Source of the DNA: an uncultured virus (IMG/VR IMGVR_UViG_3300027734_000064)
Lineage: Duplodnaviria > Heunggongvirae > Uroviricota > Caudoviricetes > Crassvirales
DNA: 64,000 bases
Virus record (IMG/VR): IMGVR_UViG_3300027734_000064
Strand: one strand, 5' to 3'
The notes under the pieces were generated by a model. That model was not told the origin of the DNA. It was given only the letters and a program-made list of their open reading frames with translations, and did no database searches. Positions 45,676 to 55,645 of the stretch are shown here, piece after piece (position 1 is the first letter of the stretch; each line of letters starts with the position of its first letter). Both the position numbers and the translations under genes were made by a program.

Positions 45676-46776
45676 TTATTTTTTGTTGCTTTTTATAACT
45701 AATCTATTGCCGTGGTCGTTGTCAAGAGAAGTTACCTTAAATCCACCTTTGCCCATATTTTCTGGTACGGATCTTACACCTCCCATATCTATGTTCTTTG
45801 ATTCCTTTGCAATTGTTTCTACTGCCTCAGCTTTTCCCTGATCGTAGAAATATTTTGCAAAACCCTCCGGATTTCTGGCAACTGCTATCGCCCTATGATA
45901 CGCAGCCGGATCTTTCATGAAACCGTTATCATCTAAGAATGTCTTGATGAACTCGGTCAAATTAGATTGATCCTTCTTAATCGCTTCTGTCTCGCCTGGT
46001 TTGTAAACAAATTCATTATCTCCAACTTTAAATCCAAAACCTTTGAATTCATTAGAGAATAACTCGTCAGTTTTCTTGGCGAAATATTCAGCTCTTTCTC
46101 TCTGCGCCTGTTCAACTTCTTTGGCACTCTGGGCATATTGCTTAAAAGCGGTGTACTGATCTTTTTCTTCATCCGGAATCCCAGCACCTCTTGACTCAAG
46201 AGGAACTTTGTATTGGTCCTTCAGTTTGTTAAAGTAGTCCTTCGCTTTTGTAAGCTCTTGTTTGTGTGCTATTCGTTTCTTCTTAACATCCTTTTCATCG
46301 TCCATGTCTTCATCGTACTTAAACTTGTTCTCAAGTTCAAATGCAACTTCCTCATCGTCAAGTTCTGGGTTGTTTTGCTTGTAATAATCGAACAGCAACT
46401 TATTTGGGTCTTCGTTATCAATGTCTCTATTTACTTTATAGAAGTCATTAATGCCTCGACCTGTTTCCTTTTTGAACTTTAAAAACGCTGAGACATCCTC
46501 TGGTAACTCTTCAGTTTGATTTCTCTCTTGAAGCAAGTCATCCAAAGTATTAATCTCTTTGTTATACCTATTCTTAATAAAGGACAGAACGTCATTCTCT
46601 TCAAGTTCCCTTGGCTGTGCTTCTGGCACAACGATGGGCTCTTCAATTCTAACAGGCTCTTCAACCTGTTCTACTGGGTGCTGTTCTTCGTGCTTGGCTA
46701 GTAACTCCTGTTCGATTTCTTGAACAGATTTTTCTTCACCGAAACTCACAGCTTTTACTGATGTGAAATTCTCCAT
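45676..46776 (-). CDS. Capsid scaffolding protein
   Basis: Highly acidic, helical, between portal and capsid genes. Confidence 0.7.
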   Translation of the reverse strand: MENFTSVKAVSFGEEKSVQEIEQELLAKHEEQHPVEQVEEPVRIEEPIVVPEAQPRELEENDVLSFIKNRYNKEINTLDDLLQERNQTEELPEDVSAFLKFKKETGRGINDFYKVNRDIDNEDPNKLLFDYYKQNNPELDDEEVAFELENKFKYDEDMDDEKDVKKKRIAHKQELTKAKDYFNKLKDQYKVPLESRGAGIPDEEKDQYTAFKQYAQSAKEVEQAQRERAEYFAKKTDELFSNEFKGFGFKVGDNEFVYKPGETEAIKKDQSNLTEFIKTFLDDNGFMKDPAAYHRAIAVARNPEGFAKYFYDQGKAEAVETIAKESKNIDMGGVRSVPENMGKGGFKVTSLDNDHGNRLVIKSNKK

Positions 46777-46818
46777 ATATTTTATTTGATTAATTTTTCG
46801 CTACAAAAATAGTGATTT

Positions 46819-49251
46819 TTATTTTGGTTCAAATTGAGCCAAATCAAAACCATCTAAAGAGTCTTCGCTTGATTCAAAATCAATGGCTGGCAAGTCTTTC
46901 TTACGCTGCTCAATTAACTTTGATTGGTGTGTGCTTTGTATATCAATACGCTTATCCTTAGCCATTTCCTTTTGCTCGTCAATTGTCTTAGCGGCATTCA
47001 CCTCTAAGCCTTTCAACTGCATATTCATCTCAAACTCCATTTGCATTAACTGCATTTTAAGTTGAGCTTCTTGCTTCATCTTCTCGATCTCAAACGCTGA
47101 CTCGGCTTGCTTTAATTGCGCCTTCGCTTGGAATTCTGCCTGAACCTTTTGCAAGTTAGCTTGTGCTGCTGCCTGAGAAGACTGGATGTTTGACTGCGTT
47201 TGCATCTCCATCTTTTGTTTCTCACGGTCCATGTCTTGCTCTTGCTTCTTCCTGCGCTTTAACTTAAGAAGTTCATTTGCTAATTTAATATTGCGAATTT
47301 CACGAATATCAATAGCGTCTTCAAGATCAATCTGGTCACGTTGTAGCGACGCTTGGATGTTTGCCTCAAGCTGAGACTTCTCCTCTTCATCCGGAGATAC
47401 TTCAATAAAGATACCAAAATCATGTAAGTATAAGTCTTTTACGTCTTCTAATACACCAACATTGTACTTACCAATTTGGTTTATAAACTCTTCTTTGAAT
47501 TCTGAATACTCAAGCACATCAGAGATACGGCAAGACAATGCCTCCGCCAATCTCTTTGTAATGAATAATGTTCCATCTAAGATATGTCTTGTTGCTGTGT
47601 TTGAATTAAGTGCAGCTAACTTCTGTACACCAACCAATGATCTTGAATCTGGCATAGAGCCGTCTCTCGCTTCGTTTAAGCCAGTTACGTCCCTAATCAT
47701 ACTCAAGTAATGATTGTACGAATTAATCAACGCTGTGATCTTCCCTTGGCCGCTATTTGAGTTTAGCTCTTGAATTGGAATCTTACCTTGGTTGAACTCG
47801 CCATCTTGATTGTAAGAACGACCAATTACACTACCCGTTTGGAAATATAACTTAAGCGCATCTTCTGGATTGTAGTTTGCACCATTACCCAAGTCAACCT
47901 CATTCATACCATCGGCATCAATGTATACACCATCTGGCACAACTCTCGCAATAACTTGTTGTAGTTTAAGATGCGTAATTTGAATCAAATCAGCAAAAGT
48001 AATCATACGTCTAACCAATGACTCAATAACGCCTTTGTACATTCTTGGGGCCATTGCGATATAGTTAGGCAAAGCATACTGCGTAGCAGACTTTGGTCTA
48101 ACCATGTTCTTACTGAGTTCCCACTTAAGCAAATAGCTTGAACCTAACACCATGATACCTTCGTACCATACGTCAATTCTCTTTTCTATTTTCTCAAATC
48201 TTTCGTCAGTCCCAGTTGGTGGGTTAAAGTTTTCATCCTTGCGAATGATACGAGTACCACCATTATCCAAAAACTTCTTCTTGTAGACAAATTTCTTATC
48301 GGTTTTATAATTGAAATATAATAATGTTACGACATCTCTGTCGAACAATGTGTTTCTGTATGGCCTAATAATGTTGTACTGCGTGAACCAGATACTACTT
48401 AATTTAGATATTTTGTCAAGCTCCTCCTTGGTAATGGTCGGGTCAATCTTAATCAACTCACCAATATGCACTTGCTTGATTTCTCCATAGTAGAAACAAT
48501 CCTCAAATGTTGGAGACTCTGTGTATGAATAAACAACAGCAGCAGGATCAACGTACTCAACCCTAATGCCGGCTCCTGGTTGGAATGTATGCTTAACCAT
48601 GCCGATACCCAAGACAGTCATATCATAATCAACACGTCTTTTAATTTCTTGGTATCTATTTTGCTCAAGCAATGTGTCAATTGCAATCTCTTCAGCAATC
48701 TCAATCGCAGGCTTGTAATTAAGCTGCATATGAAGATTAAGCTCCTGATCGTTCTCTGGCAAATCTTTAGGATTCGTATTGAAGGCATTGATACCAAATT
48801 GTTCTTGCGTTTGCACCAAGAAGTCTTTTGCTACCATATCCTTCTCGATCATCTCTTTGTAACCTGAACGCTTGCCAGCAGCTAACTCATCTTGAGCAAA
48901 TGCCTTTACTGCGTACATTCTGTCAGACATACCGTTAACAACGATATCTACAAACTTAGGGATAATTGGAACTGGCTCCCAGTTAAGATTCAAGTAAGAT
49001 AAGTCACCGTCAACGGCTAACTCATCCTTGTACTTTTGTACAGGCTGTTCACCACGAGCGTATAGTCTTAGCTTATGAAACTCAATCCATTGGTTATAGA
49101 AACGACAAGAATTAGTATCTCTTCTAAACCATTCGTAAGAGATGGCTCGTCCCACTTTGATACCATATTCCTTGGACGCTTTTTCTGCATCAGTAGCCAG
49201 CTGACTCGGAAATGATGTTGGGCTTATTAATTCTTGAGTTGTTTGATCCAT
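46819..49251 (-). CDS. Portal protein
   Basis: RLYARGEQ, W.PVPIIPKFVDIVVNG, IRDVTGLNEARDG; C-terminal coiled coil. Confidence 0.85.
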   Translation of the reverse strand: MDQTTQELISPTSFPSQLATDAEKASKEYGIKVGRAISYEWFRRDTNSCRFYNQWIEFHKLRLYARGEQPVQKYKDELAVDGDLSYLNLNWEPVPIIPKFVDIVVNGMSDRMYAVKAFAQDELAAGKRSGYKEMIEKDMVAKDFLVQTQEQFGINAFNTNPKDLPENDQELNLHMQLNYKPAIEIAEEIAIDTLLEQNRYQEIKRRVDYDMTVLGIGMVKHTFQPGAGIRVEYVDPAAVVYSYTESPTFEDCFYYGEIKQVHIGELIKIDPTITKEELDKISKLSSIWFTQYNIIRPYRNTLFDRDVVTLLYFNYKTDKKFVYKKKFLDNGGTRIIRKDENFNPPTGTDERFEKIEKRIDVWYEGIMVLGSSYLLKWELSKNMVRPKSATQYALPNYIAMAPRMYKGVIESLVRRMITFADLIQITHLKLQQVIARVVPDGVYIDADGMNEVDLGNGANYNPEDALKLYFQTGSVIGRSYNQDGEFNQGKIPIQELNSNSGQGKITALINSYNHYLSMIRDVTGLNEARDGSMPDSRSLVGVQKLAALNSNTATRHILDGTLFITKRLAEALSCRISDVLEYSEFKEEFINQIGKYNVGVLEDVKDLYLHDFGIFIEVSPDEEEKSQLEANIQASLQRDQIDLEDAIDIREIRNIKLANELLKLKRRKKQEQDMDREKQKMEMQTQSNIQSSQAAAQANLQKVQAEFQAKAQLKQAESAFEIEKMKQEAQLKMQLMQMEFEMNMQLKGLEVNAAKTIDEQKEMAKDKRIDIQSTHQSKLIEQRKKDLPAIDFESSEDSLDGFDLAQFEPK

Positions 49252-51464
49252 TATTTGTCTATTATCCTGCTATTATACCCTTCGTTCTGGTATCTCGCAA
49301 ATTTAATGCTTATTTTTGATTCTTTTTTTTCTGGCACATATAAGTGCTTTTGGTTCGCCATTATCGCTAAACCACTGCTAATTGTTGCGTCAAATTTAGT
49401 TCTATTGTTGATATCAAACCTTGCCCAGTCCTCAAGTGTTCTCGTGAAATACATCGATCCCATCTCGTCAGAGTCTCTGTACACATTCTCAAAGTCTATG
49501 CCAACGTGCTTTTCAATGTACGTCTCAATAGCGGACGCGTGTGCTTGCTTCACGTCCTCAGATGAGTTAGGTATTCCACCGATCTCTTTCTCTGTCTTAG
49601 AGAGCTTGTGAGTGGGCTTATCTGGTCTATTTAATGCAAAGTTTCTGTAGCCCCTGTTCTTGAAGTGATATAGTAGCCTTGGCTTGTTATTCTCCACAAG
49701 CACCGGCATACCATAGAACACACACGCCATCAATACCTCCTCGAAGAATATCTCTGCCGTCTGTGGCCTTGCCACGTACTCTAAGAAGAATTGGTTGCTT
49801 GGCGCATCCTCCATACTGAACTTCGTCATGCCATGGAGCGATCCGTTAGATCCACCTCCACCCACAACACCTGAGATGTCATAAGGGTCACATCCAAACG
49901 CGCCAAGGTGCTCATTACCAGGATAGAACAAACTACCCCTTTTAATAAAGTTATTTCTTAAATTCTCTGGTGGAACCCACGACACAAGGAACCGACCCTT
50001 ATTGTCTGGTGTCCAAACAACTTGACTGTCTTTCACACCATCTCTCCAATGGAAGTAACCTCTTGTGAGAACTCTGTCCTTGATCAATGAGTCATTGTAG
50101 TCAATCTGCTGATATATCTTCGTAAGATTGAACAACGATGCTTTGCTCTCATCCCTGAACGCGTGTGATTCTGTGCGTGGGAACTGCCTGTAAAATTCAT
50201 TCAATGAGTCTGAGTCGCTTTTTAAAGACGCAACCTCATTGTTCCAGTACTCAATTACACCAATCTTAATCATTCTGCCATCAATACCTTTGATAGGCTT
50301 AGATGGCGTATTAAACACCGGGTGACCATACTCGTCAATATACCCCTCGAAGTTCCATTCCATTGGAATAAATAATGAATACAGGCCACTCTTTGTTTGC
50401 CCGTTCTCATTCTTCTTCCTTGGATCAGAGTCTTCGTATAATTTCTTAAAGTTAGAACCACCCTTATCAAGCGCATTCGATGTAGAACCCATCATACACT
50501 TACCAATGATCCGGCTACCCAAACGCAAACACGTCTTGGTTACACGCCAGTTGTTCTGTATGTTGTTAGGAGCAAGCCATTTACCGCTCTCATCCTGGAT
50601 GAGCATCCGTAATTTTTCTCCGTCATAACTGTTGTCACCTGTGTTCTTCCAGTCAATCGTGGTATTAAGACCCTCTAAGTGATCCTCCTCAGCCTTAGCA
50701 ATACTCTTTCTTGTGAACTTAGATGCCGGCACACGATACGCAAGCTCAGTCTTTGGCTTGTCCATACCATCTTGTATTGGCTTAAAAAAGAATGGATAGC
50801 TCAAAGATATATTCACGACCTTGTCTGTAAACATTTTCTTTGCATCATCTCCCGTCTTTGATAAGATACCAAACCTGGCATCCTTAGTAATTGTCGCTTG
50901 GTTGACCATCTCAGAGCTACTCATGAATGAGAAACCTGAACGTCTATTCTTTAGATAGCACATACCAAAGCACCTGTCGTCAGCCTTACACGCCTCCCAG
51001 AATATAAAGAATATCCTGTTACTCTCACGGAAATCAGGTAGACCAACGTCTATCTTGCTCCACTGCAAGTACATATAATGTGTGCCGGTGATATATGTCG
51101 GGATACTATTATTGACAAACCAGAAGCCATTATCTCTACGATTGAACTCTTGGTCTATATAGTCATCCCATTTAGCTTTGAACTTGTTATCAGTTCTGTC
51201 CCAATCAAAGATTGTCTTAATTTTTTGTAATTCTCTAGGATACTCAACAACTTCCCAGTGATTACTTCTATTCTCAACCTCTTCAGGCTTTGCTGGCAAG
51301 GCTATGTTAACACCATTAATGTTATATATCTCACCAATGGTTCCATCTTTTGATATAATGACAACGTCATATTTATCATTGTGGCCATACTTCCAGCTAT
51401 TTGTAAGGTTACCTTTCTCGATAACCTTCGCACTAATAATATCTTTCTCAATTGTGTATAGCAT
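49251..51464 (-). CDS. terL: Terminase large subunit
   Basis: KNRRSGFS Walker A, QDESGKW Walker B, GSTSN, GCDPYD nuclease, FD.TISSG. Confidence 0.85.
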   Translation of the reverse strand: MLYTIEKDIISAKVIEKGNLTNSWKYGHNDKYDVVIISKDGTIGEIYNINGVNIALPAKPEEVENRSNHWEVVEYPRELQKIKTIFDWDRTDNKFKAKWDDYIDQEFNRRDNGFWFVNNSIPTYITGTHYMYLQWSKIDVGLPDFRESNRIFFIFWEACKADDRCFGMCYLKNRRSGFSFMSSSEMVNQATITKDARFGILSKTGDDAKKMFTDKVVNISLSYPFFFKPIQDGMDKPKTELAYRVPASKFTRKSIAKAEEDHLEGLNTTIDWKNTGDNSYDGEKLRMLIQDESGKWLAPNNIQNNWRVTKTCLRLGSRIIGKCMMGSTSNALDKGGSNFKKLYEDSDPRKKNENGQTKSGLYSLFIPMEWNFEGYIDEYGHPVFNTPSKPIKGIDGRMIKIGVIEYWNNEVASLKSDSDSLNEFYRQFPRTESHAFRDESKASLFNLTKIYQQIDYNDSLIKDRVLTRGYFHWRDGVKDSQVVWTPDNKGRFLVSWVPPENLRNNFIKRGSLFYPGNEHLGAFGCDPYDISGVVGGGGSNGSLHGMTKFSMEDAPSNQFFLEYVARPQTAEIFFEEVLMACVFYGMPVLVENNKPRLLYHFKNRGYRNFALNRPDKPTHKLSKTEKEIGGIPNSSEDVKQAHASAIETYIEKHVGIDFENVYRDSDEMGSMYFTRTLEDWARFDINNRTKFDATISSGLAIMANQKHLYVPEKKESKISIKFARYQNEGYNSRIIDK

Positions 51465-51733
51465 TATTTGCCCCTTCTCTCAGCAAAGCCACCTTTTTTC
51501 TCTTGGATGTGTACGTTGCCCGTGATCATGTTACGCTCTTCTTCTATCCTTGATAGGATCTCGAACGCATCAAAGATAGCCAACTTCTTGGTTGCTGCTG
51601 CATTTTTTAATTTGTCAGCAGACACATCCCCCTCATCACCTGTCAAGATTTGCTCTTCAGCAACCTTAATAAGTTCTTTGATAGCCATCTCGCCTGCCTT
51701 GATTATTTTTAATTTATATTCTTCAGTTGTCAT
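51464..51733 (-). CDS. Putative terminase small subunit
   Basis: Small helical ORF coupled to terL. Confidence 0.45.
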   Translation of the reverse strand: MTTEEYKLKIIKAGEMAIKELIKVAEEQILTGDEGDVSADKLKNAAATKKLAIFDAFEILSRIEEERNMITGNVHIQEKKGGFAERRGK

Positions 51734-52281
51734 AATACGATGCAAATATTTCTTTCAAACATTCTGTACAGTTTTTTTCCGTCAATATCAAACCTGTACT
51801 CTGTGTCAGGCTGATACGACACCAATGTGCCAGCAGGGATATCAATAGCATCACTAATGTATGCGAGCTTACCAATCAATGGCTGCTCTACGCCAACCTC
51901 AAATACAGACAGATCCTTTTGCTTCTCAATTGGCTCCACAAAGCAATAAGGCGAGTGGGCCATCCATTCACTATCATTCTTTTTGTATAGGAAGAACTGA
52001 TCGAAATCTACAATGTATAAATTATCTTTAAGGTGCGACATTGATTTGCGCTCCTTACCCTTCATGTCATAATAGCTTCTAAATACATTGTGGTGAACGA
52101 CAAGCGTATCGCCTGCCTCAATTGGACCATCATAGCCAATTGGTGTATTAATTACTGTAGCGAACCTATTGGTGGCCTTATGGTCTTCTTTTGATGTGCT
52201 AATAATTAGCCCACTCTCCCTAACATTGTCGTAAGATTTACCACCAACCGGTTCTACAATAAAGTAGAACGGGGATCTCAT
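51730..52281 (-). CDS. Tandem GroES-like co-chaperonin
   Basis: Two GroES-like halves: FIVEP...SGLII...GDTLVV and FVEP...G....FDIDGKKLYRM...I. Confidence 0.6.
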   Translation of the reverse strand: MRSPFYFIVEPVGGKSYDNVRESGLIISTSKEDHKATNRFATVINTPIGYDGPIEAGDTLVVHHNVFRSYYDMKGKERKSMSHLKDNLYIVDFDQFFLYKKNDSEWMAHSPYCFVEPIEKQKDLSVFEVGVEQPLIGKLAYISDAIDIPAGTLVSYQPDTEYRFDIDGKKLYRMFERNICIVL

Positions 52282-52502
52282 TATATAAAGTTTATATTAA
52301 ATTCAATTGATACAGGCATACTATATGTGAACTTCTTCCACAATAATATCTCTCTATCTTTCTCGATGTATATTAAAATAGCGCCATCCTTATCAGATAC
52401 AATCTGATGCACGATATGGCTGCCATCCAATACTGACTGACCTACAACGTAGTTCATTGCGTTCTTGTAGTCAGTACCAACTGCTATCTTTCTGATTATC
52501 AT
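52281..52502 (-). CDS. Hypothetical protein (IRKI.VG.DYKNAM.Y.VGQ)
   Basis: Coupled ORF, ATG 52502. Confidence 0.7.
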   Translation of the reverse strand: MIIRKIAVGTDYKNAMNYVVGQSVLDGSHIVHQIVSDKDGAILIYIEKDREILLWKKFTYSMPVSIEFNINFI

Positions 52503-52753
52503 ATAACAAGCACCCATCCGGATGTCTTTTTGATATACAGGTTCTCTGTGTCTGCTTGGAAACACAAAGCACCTGGGCTAACAGTTAACGCAGTTCTTGC
52601 AGCAGTATTCGCTACACTGAATGTATTTTTGTACACATAGTCTCTAAGTGTAGACAATTGAATGTTTACTGTAGATGAATCAGCATTTGAAGACAACAAT
52701 AATTCTGTGCCTGTAAGATCTGTATCTTTTGCGTAACTTGATATTTTAGCCAT
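52499..52753 (-). CDS. Short fibre-like structural protein
   Basis: MAKIS.Y; G.L.F..DT..LY.....GW. Confidence 0.55.
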   Translation of the reverse strand: MAKISSYAKDTDLTGTELLLSSNADSSTVNIQLSTLRDYVYKNTFSVANTAARTALTVSPGALCFQADTENLYIKKTSGWVLVI

Positions 52754-53009
52754 TTTTATATTCTCCTGTGTGTAAGTCTATTGTTATGTCGCCATATTCC
52801 TGCGACAATTCATGCTGAAACGATTGTAGGTCCTTTGCAACACCTTCAATTCTCTCAATAAATTCTTTCTTTGCTACGTCCGCACTTTCCATCTGAGCTC
52901 TTGCTCTTGAGATTTGGATTTCTACGTCTGCAATCGAGTCCTTTAAATATCGTAAATCACGATTTAAAGCAACTAACTTTTCTAATTGGTCTTCTTTGAT
53001 TTTATTCAT
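52746..53009 (-). CDS. Coiled-coil protein
   Basis: Ends L..EYG...IDL.TGEY. Confidence 0.7.
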   Translation of the reverse strand: MNKIKEDQLEKLVALNRDLRYLKDSIADVEIQISRARAQMESADVAKKEFIERIEGVAKDLQSFQHELSQEYGDITIDLHTGEYKNG

Positions 53010-53401
53010 TTTAATAATTTATATAGTATGATTGCTAAGATAACCAACAGTACAAGGGGTAAACCCTTATACAGATACTTGCTATCTTGATATTCAATTA
53101 CCTTGTATGGCACTCTGTCATGCGTCACAACCCTTATTGTGTCAGGCTTGACAGTTGCCTTAAAGTATATTTTCTTTTCTTTAACGATGAACTTCAGCTT
53201 TAATACTGTGTCCTCGTATGTCATTGTGTCCGTGATGTAAAAACTATCGGTGTGGTTGTACTCCTCAGTTATTACCGTAGTATCATGCACAATAACTTTT
53301 TCTTTATTGAATAGTGTTGGATCCTTCTTAAGCGCACGGTTTAAGTGCCACTCAGCGGAGCATGATGTGAGTAATAATATGAGGAGTAATGACCTTAGCA
53401 C
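53006..53401 (-). CDS. Putative unimolecular spanin
   Basis: Lipobox LLTSC, beta-rich middle, C-terminal TM. Confidence 0.6.
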   Translation of the reverse strand: MLRSLLLILLLTSCSAEWHLNRALKKDPTLFNKEKVIVHDTTVITEEYNHTDSFYITDTMTYEDTVLKLKFIVKEKKIYFKATVKPDTIRVVTHDRVPYKVIEYQDSKYLYKGLPLVLLVILAIILYKLLK

Positions 53402-53505
53402 TTCTTTGAGTTCTTTGCAACAGGGTTGTTTGTTGTTCCTGGCTTTGCCTTAGATGTCATCTTTTTAGGTGCTGCCGGCTTGGTGTTTTTAATGGTAATT
53501 GCCAT
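53395..53505 (-). CDS. Small basic protein (36 aa, not in track)
   Basis: MAITIKNTKPAAPKKMTSKAKPG... Confidence 0.55.
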   Translation of the reverse strand: MAITIKNTKPAAPKKMTSKAKPGTTNNPVAKNSKKC

Positions 53506-53507
53506 GA

Positions 53508-53699
53508 TTATTTTTTTGCTGCGTTTTTAAACATCATTTTAGCTGCGGTAGCTTTACCTACTGCAACAGCCTTCTTAGCAGGCATACCTTTTTTCTCATA
53601 GCTTTTAGCTACGCTCTCAGCCATAGGTGCAAAGTTTTTACCCTTTTTCCCGATGTCTTTACCAGCAACGGCTTTCTTTACGATTGTAGATTTTTTCAT
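53508..53699 (-). CDS. Small Lys/Ala-rich protein
   Basis: GKDIGKKGKNF; own -7 box. Confidence 0.7.
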   Translation of the reverse strand: MKKSTIVKKAVAGKDIGKKGKNFAPMAESVAKSYEKKGMPAKKAVAVGKATAAKMMFKNAAKK

Positions 53700-53726
53700 A
53701 TTGCTTTCAAAGATAGTTATTTTTCA

Positions 53727-53924
53727 TTAATCTACACTAGCAATAATACCATTTGTAATACGCAAGTTTTGTTGACCAGGAGGATTTGTTGGTACGGTGA
53801 ATGTGCCAGTGTATCCTATAGGTACGCTATCTATCAGCCTATGAAGCGTCTTAAGTATCCAGTCAATTGACATTGGGACGCTGACACTATACTCGTTAAA
53901 ATTTTTAGGTGGTCTTAAGATCAT
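53727..53924 (-). CDS. Hypothetical small protein
   Basis: Own -7 box at 53929. Confidence 0.6.
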   Translation of the reverse strand: MILRPPKNFNEYSVSVPMSIDWILKTLHRLIDSVPIGYTGTFTVPTNPPGQQNLRITNGIIASVD

Positions 53925-53936
53925 GCCACAAAGATA

Positions 53937-54212
53937 CTACTTCTTTGTTGACTTATTGTTGGAGCCGTTGCGAGCTCTGTTCGTTTTTGTCTTCTCAATC
54001 ACAACCGATCCGTCCTTCTTGTGGCTGAGATCAATACCCTTAGATGCTCGCTTACCATAGATGCCACGTTGGTGCGCTTCTTTGTTAAGCTCTTCACGAT
54101 ACTTCACGCGAGAAGGAGATGCCTGATACGCTTTGTCGTATGAGTAATCTCTGCCAGTAGCTTTGTTGCTACCCGGTCTACTATTCTTCGCTACTATTTT
54201 GTTTTTTGGCAT
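53937..54212 (-). CDS. Basic protein with degenerate HNH-like motif
   Basis: DLSHKKDG...NRARN. Confidence 0.65.
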   Translation of the reverse strand: MPKNKIVAKNSRPGSNKATGRDYSYDKAYQASPSRVKYREELNKEAHQRGIYGKRASKGIDLSHKKDGSVVIEKTKTNRARNGSNNKSTKK

Positions 54213-54358
54213 TATTTCTTCTTTGCCGTCTTTGCAGATTGCTTGAATGCTTTTGCGGTTGGAGCGCCTTTAGTGCCAGGTTTTCTCATTGTCTCACCGC
54301 TACCGGCTTCAATGCGCTTCTTCTTTGCATTTACATTTGCGTATAGTCCTTGTTTCAT
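54212..54358 (-). CDS. Small basic protein (48 aa, not in track)
   Basis: MKQGLYANVNAKKKRIEAGSGETMRKPGTKGAPTAKAFKQSAKTAKKK. Confidence 0.75.
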   Translation of the reverse strand: MKQGLYANVNAKKKRIEAGSGETMRKPGTKGAPTAKAFKQSAKTAKKK

Positions 54359-54546
54359 TTTGTAAATTTTTCTGCTACTGTTCCAATACCGTATGCGATA
54401 GATATGTATTCTACAGCCTCTATTGCCTTTAATTCTTTATACATAAACATATAAGCGATTAAGGATATAAACCCAATTGCACCAAGAACTCTCTTATGAG
54501 ATACTCCTTCGCTTGACGATAACATATCTACAAAGAACTTTTTCAT
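54355..54546 (-). CDS. Holin-like two-TM protein
   Basis: S.KR followed by TM; ends EKF. Confidence 0.55.
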   Translation of the reverse strand: MKKFFVDMLSSSEGVSHKRVLGAIGFISLIAYMFMYKELKAIEAVEYISIAYGIGTVAEKFTK

Positions 54547-54875
54547 TGTAATATATCTGATTGTGCACTTGTGATTTTCATTAATAATCCGCCTTCAACT
54601 CTCTTTGCTTCGCGCCCATTGTTTAACACGATGATTGTTGGAACGGTCTTAACTTTCATTTTATCTTTTAGTTCTGGAAACTTGTCTAAAGATAAAAAGT
54701 AATATTTTACTCCGTTAACTGTTTTCCACTGGTAAGTATTTACTTTGTTCCATTCGTAGTTAATCTGAACTACTGTCTTACCATCATTTAAGTTTGGAAC
54801 TCCTTGTTCTGGTTTCTTGAATCCAAACCAGATTGCTGTTGACAGCAATGCAAGTATTATTAAAAATGTTTTCAT
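54543..54875 (-). CDS. Membrane-anchored thioredoxin-fold protein lacking CxxC
   Basis: N-terminal TM; VVQINYEWN; VKTVPTII..NG.E..R. Confidence 0.65.
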   Translation of the reverse strand: MKTFLIILALLSTAIWFGFKKPEQGVPNLNDGKTVVQINYEWNKVNTYQWKTVNGVKYYFLSLDKFPELKDKMKVKTVPTIIVLNNGREAKRVEGGLLMKITSAQSDILQ

Positions 54876-55144
54876 CTCATTAAGCGTTCTTCCATTTTTT
54901 CAAGTCTCAAATCAATTTTCTCAACCTTGCGATCTATGTTATCTACTGTTGTTCGTAGTAACTGATCTTTTAGCTGATACTCTTCTGCTGATACCGCTGG
55001 TTTAGGTAAACTCTTCGCCTCTTCAATGTCAGATGAGAGCTTATAGTAAACTCCCATTAACGATGCCAACCCACACACAATAACTACCAGAAACTCAAGC
55101 GTAAGTGTGAATTTCGTGTTTTTATTAACCTCAAGGCTTTCCAT
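54872..55144 (-). CDS. TM plus coiled-coil protein
   Basis: Single TM then heptad region. Confidence 0.65.
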   Translation of the reverse strand: MESLEVNKNTKFTLTLEFLVVIVCGLASLMGVYYKLSSDIEEAKSLPKPAVSAEEYQLKDQLLRTTVDNIDRKVEKIDLRLEKMEERLMR

Positions 55145-55302
55145 TATTCTTCAGTAACTTCGCCAAACTCAATGCTTGGTTGTTCGTTAATTTTTTCTAA
55201 TGCTTTTACAATGTTTGTAACTTCAACAAGGTTAAAGCAACCTTTAGCGATAGCAATGTTTAATGCTTCTGCGATGATTTGTTTTGCTGTATTTGTTTCC
55301 AT
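55144..55302 (-). CDS. Hypothetical protein (52 aa, not in track)
   Basis: METNTAKQIIAEALNIAIAKGCF...; coupled. Confidence 0.65.
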   Translation of the reverse strand: METNTAKQIIAEALNIAIAKGCFNLVEVTNIVKALEKINEQPSIEFGEVTEE

Positions 55303-55308
55303 GATTTT

Positions 55309-55641
55309 TTAATTTAATGTCCAAGGTAAAGGTGTGTTTTCTGGAGATACAGGAGGATTTATTTGAGAATCGATTTGACCTTGAATACAAGCCTCTATGT
55401 TGCTTACGCCATCTACTCCCAATCCATTTTGAATCCAAGTTGTAACAATGTCGTTTGTTAAATCTTCATAAGGAATAAATGTAGAAACCGAAGCGGTTGA
55501 AAATTGTGCTACATTGCTTAAAGATGCCGTATAAACGCCATCAACTCCTGTTACGTCATAATAAGCAGTAACTACATAGTTCTGCTCGTTTTCGATTGTT
55601 TTCGTGTAAAGGGTAGTTACTACCCAAGTATAGTTTGTCAT
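55309..55641 (-). CDS. Fibre-associated protein (FIPYEDLT...W...PLPW)
   Basis: Motif typical of small genes following fibre genes. Confidence 0.7.
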   Translation of the reverse strand: MTNYTWVVTTLYTKTIENEQNYVVTAYYDVTGVDGVYTASLSNVAQFSTASVSTFIPYEDLTNDIVTTWIQNGLGVDGVSNIEACIQGQIDSQINPPVSPENTPLPWTLN

Positions 55642-55645
55642 AGTT

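Noticed and set aside
17984..51464. Inteins or group I introns in RNR, terminase or capsid genes
   Set aside because: The ORFs are continuous, of ordinary or compact length, with no intein splice motifs seen
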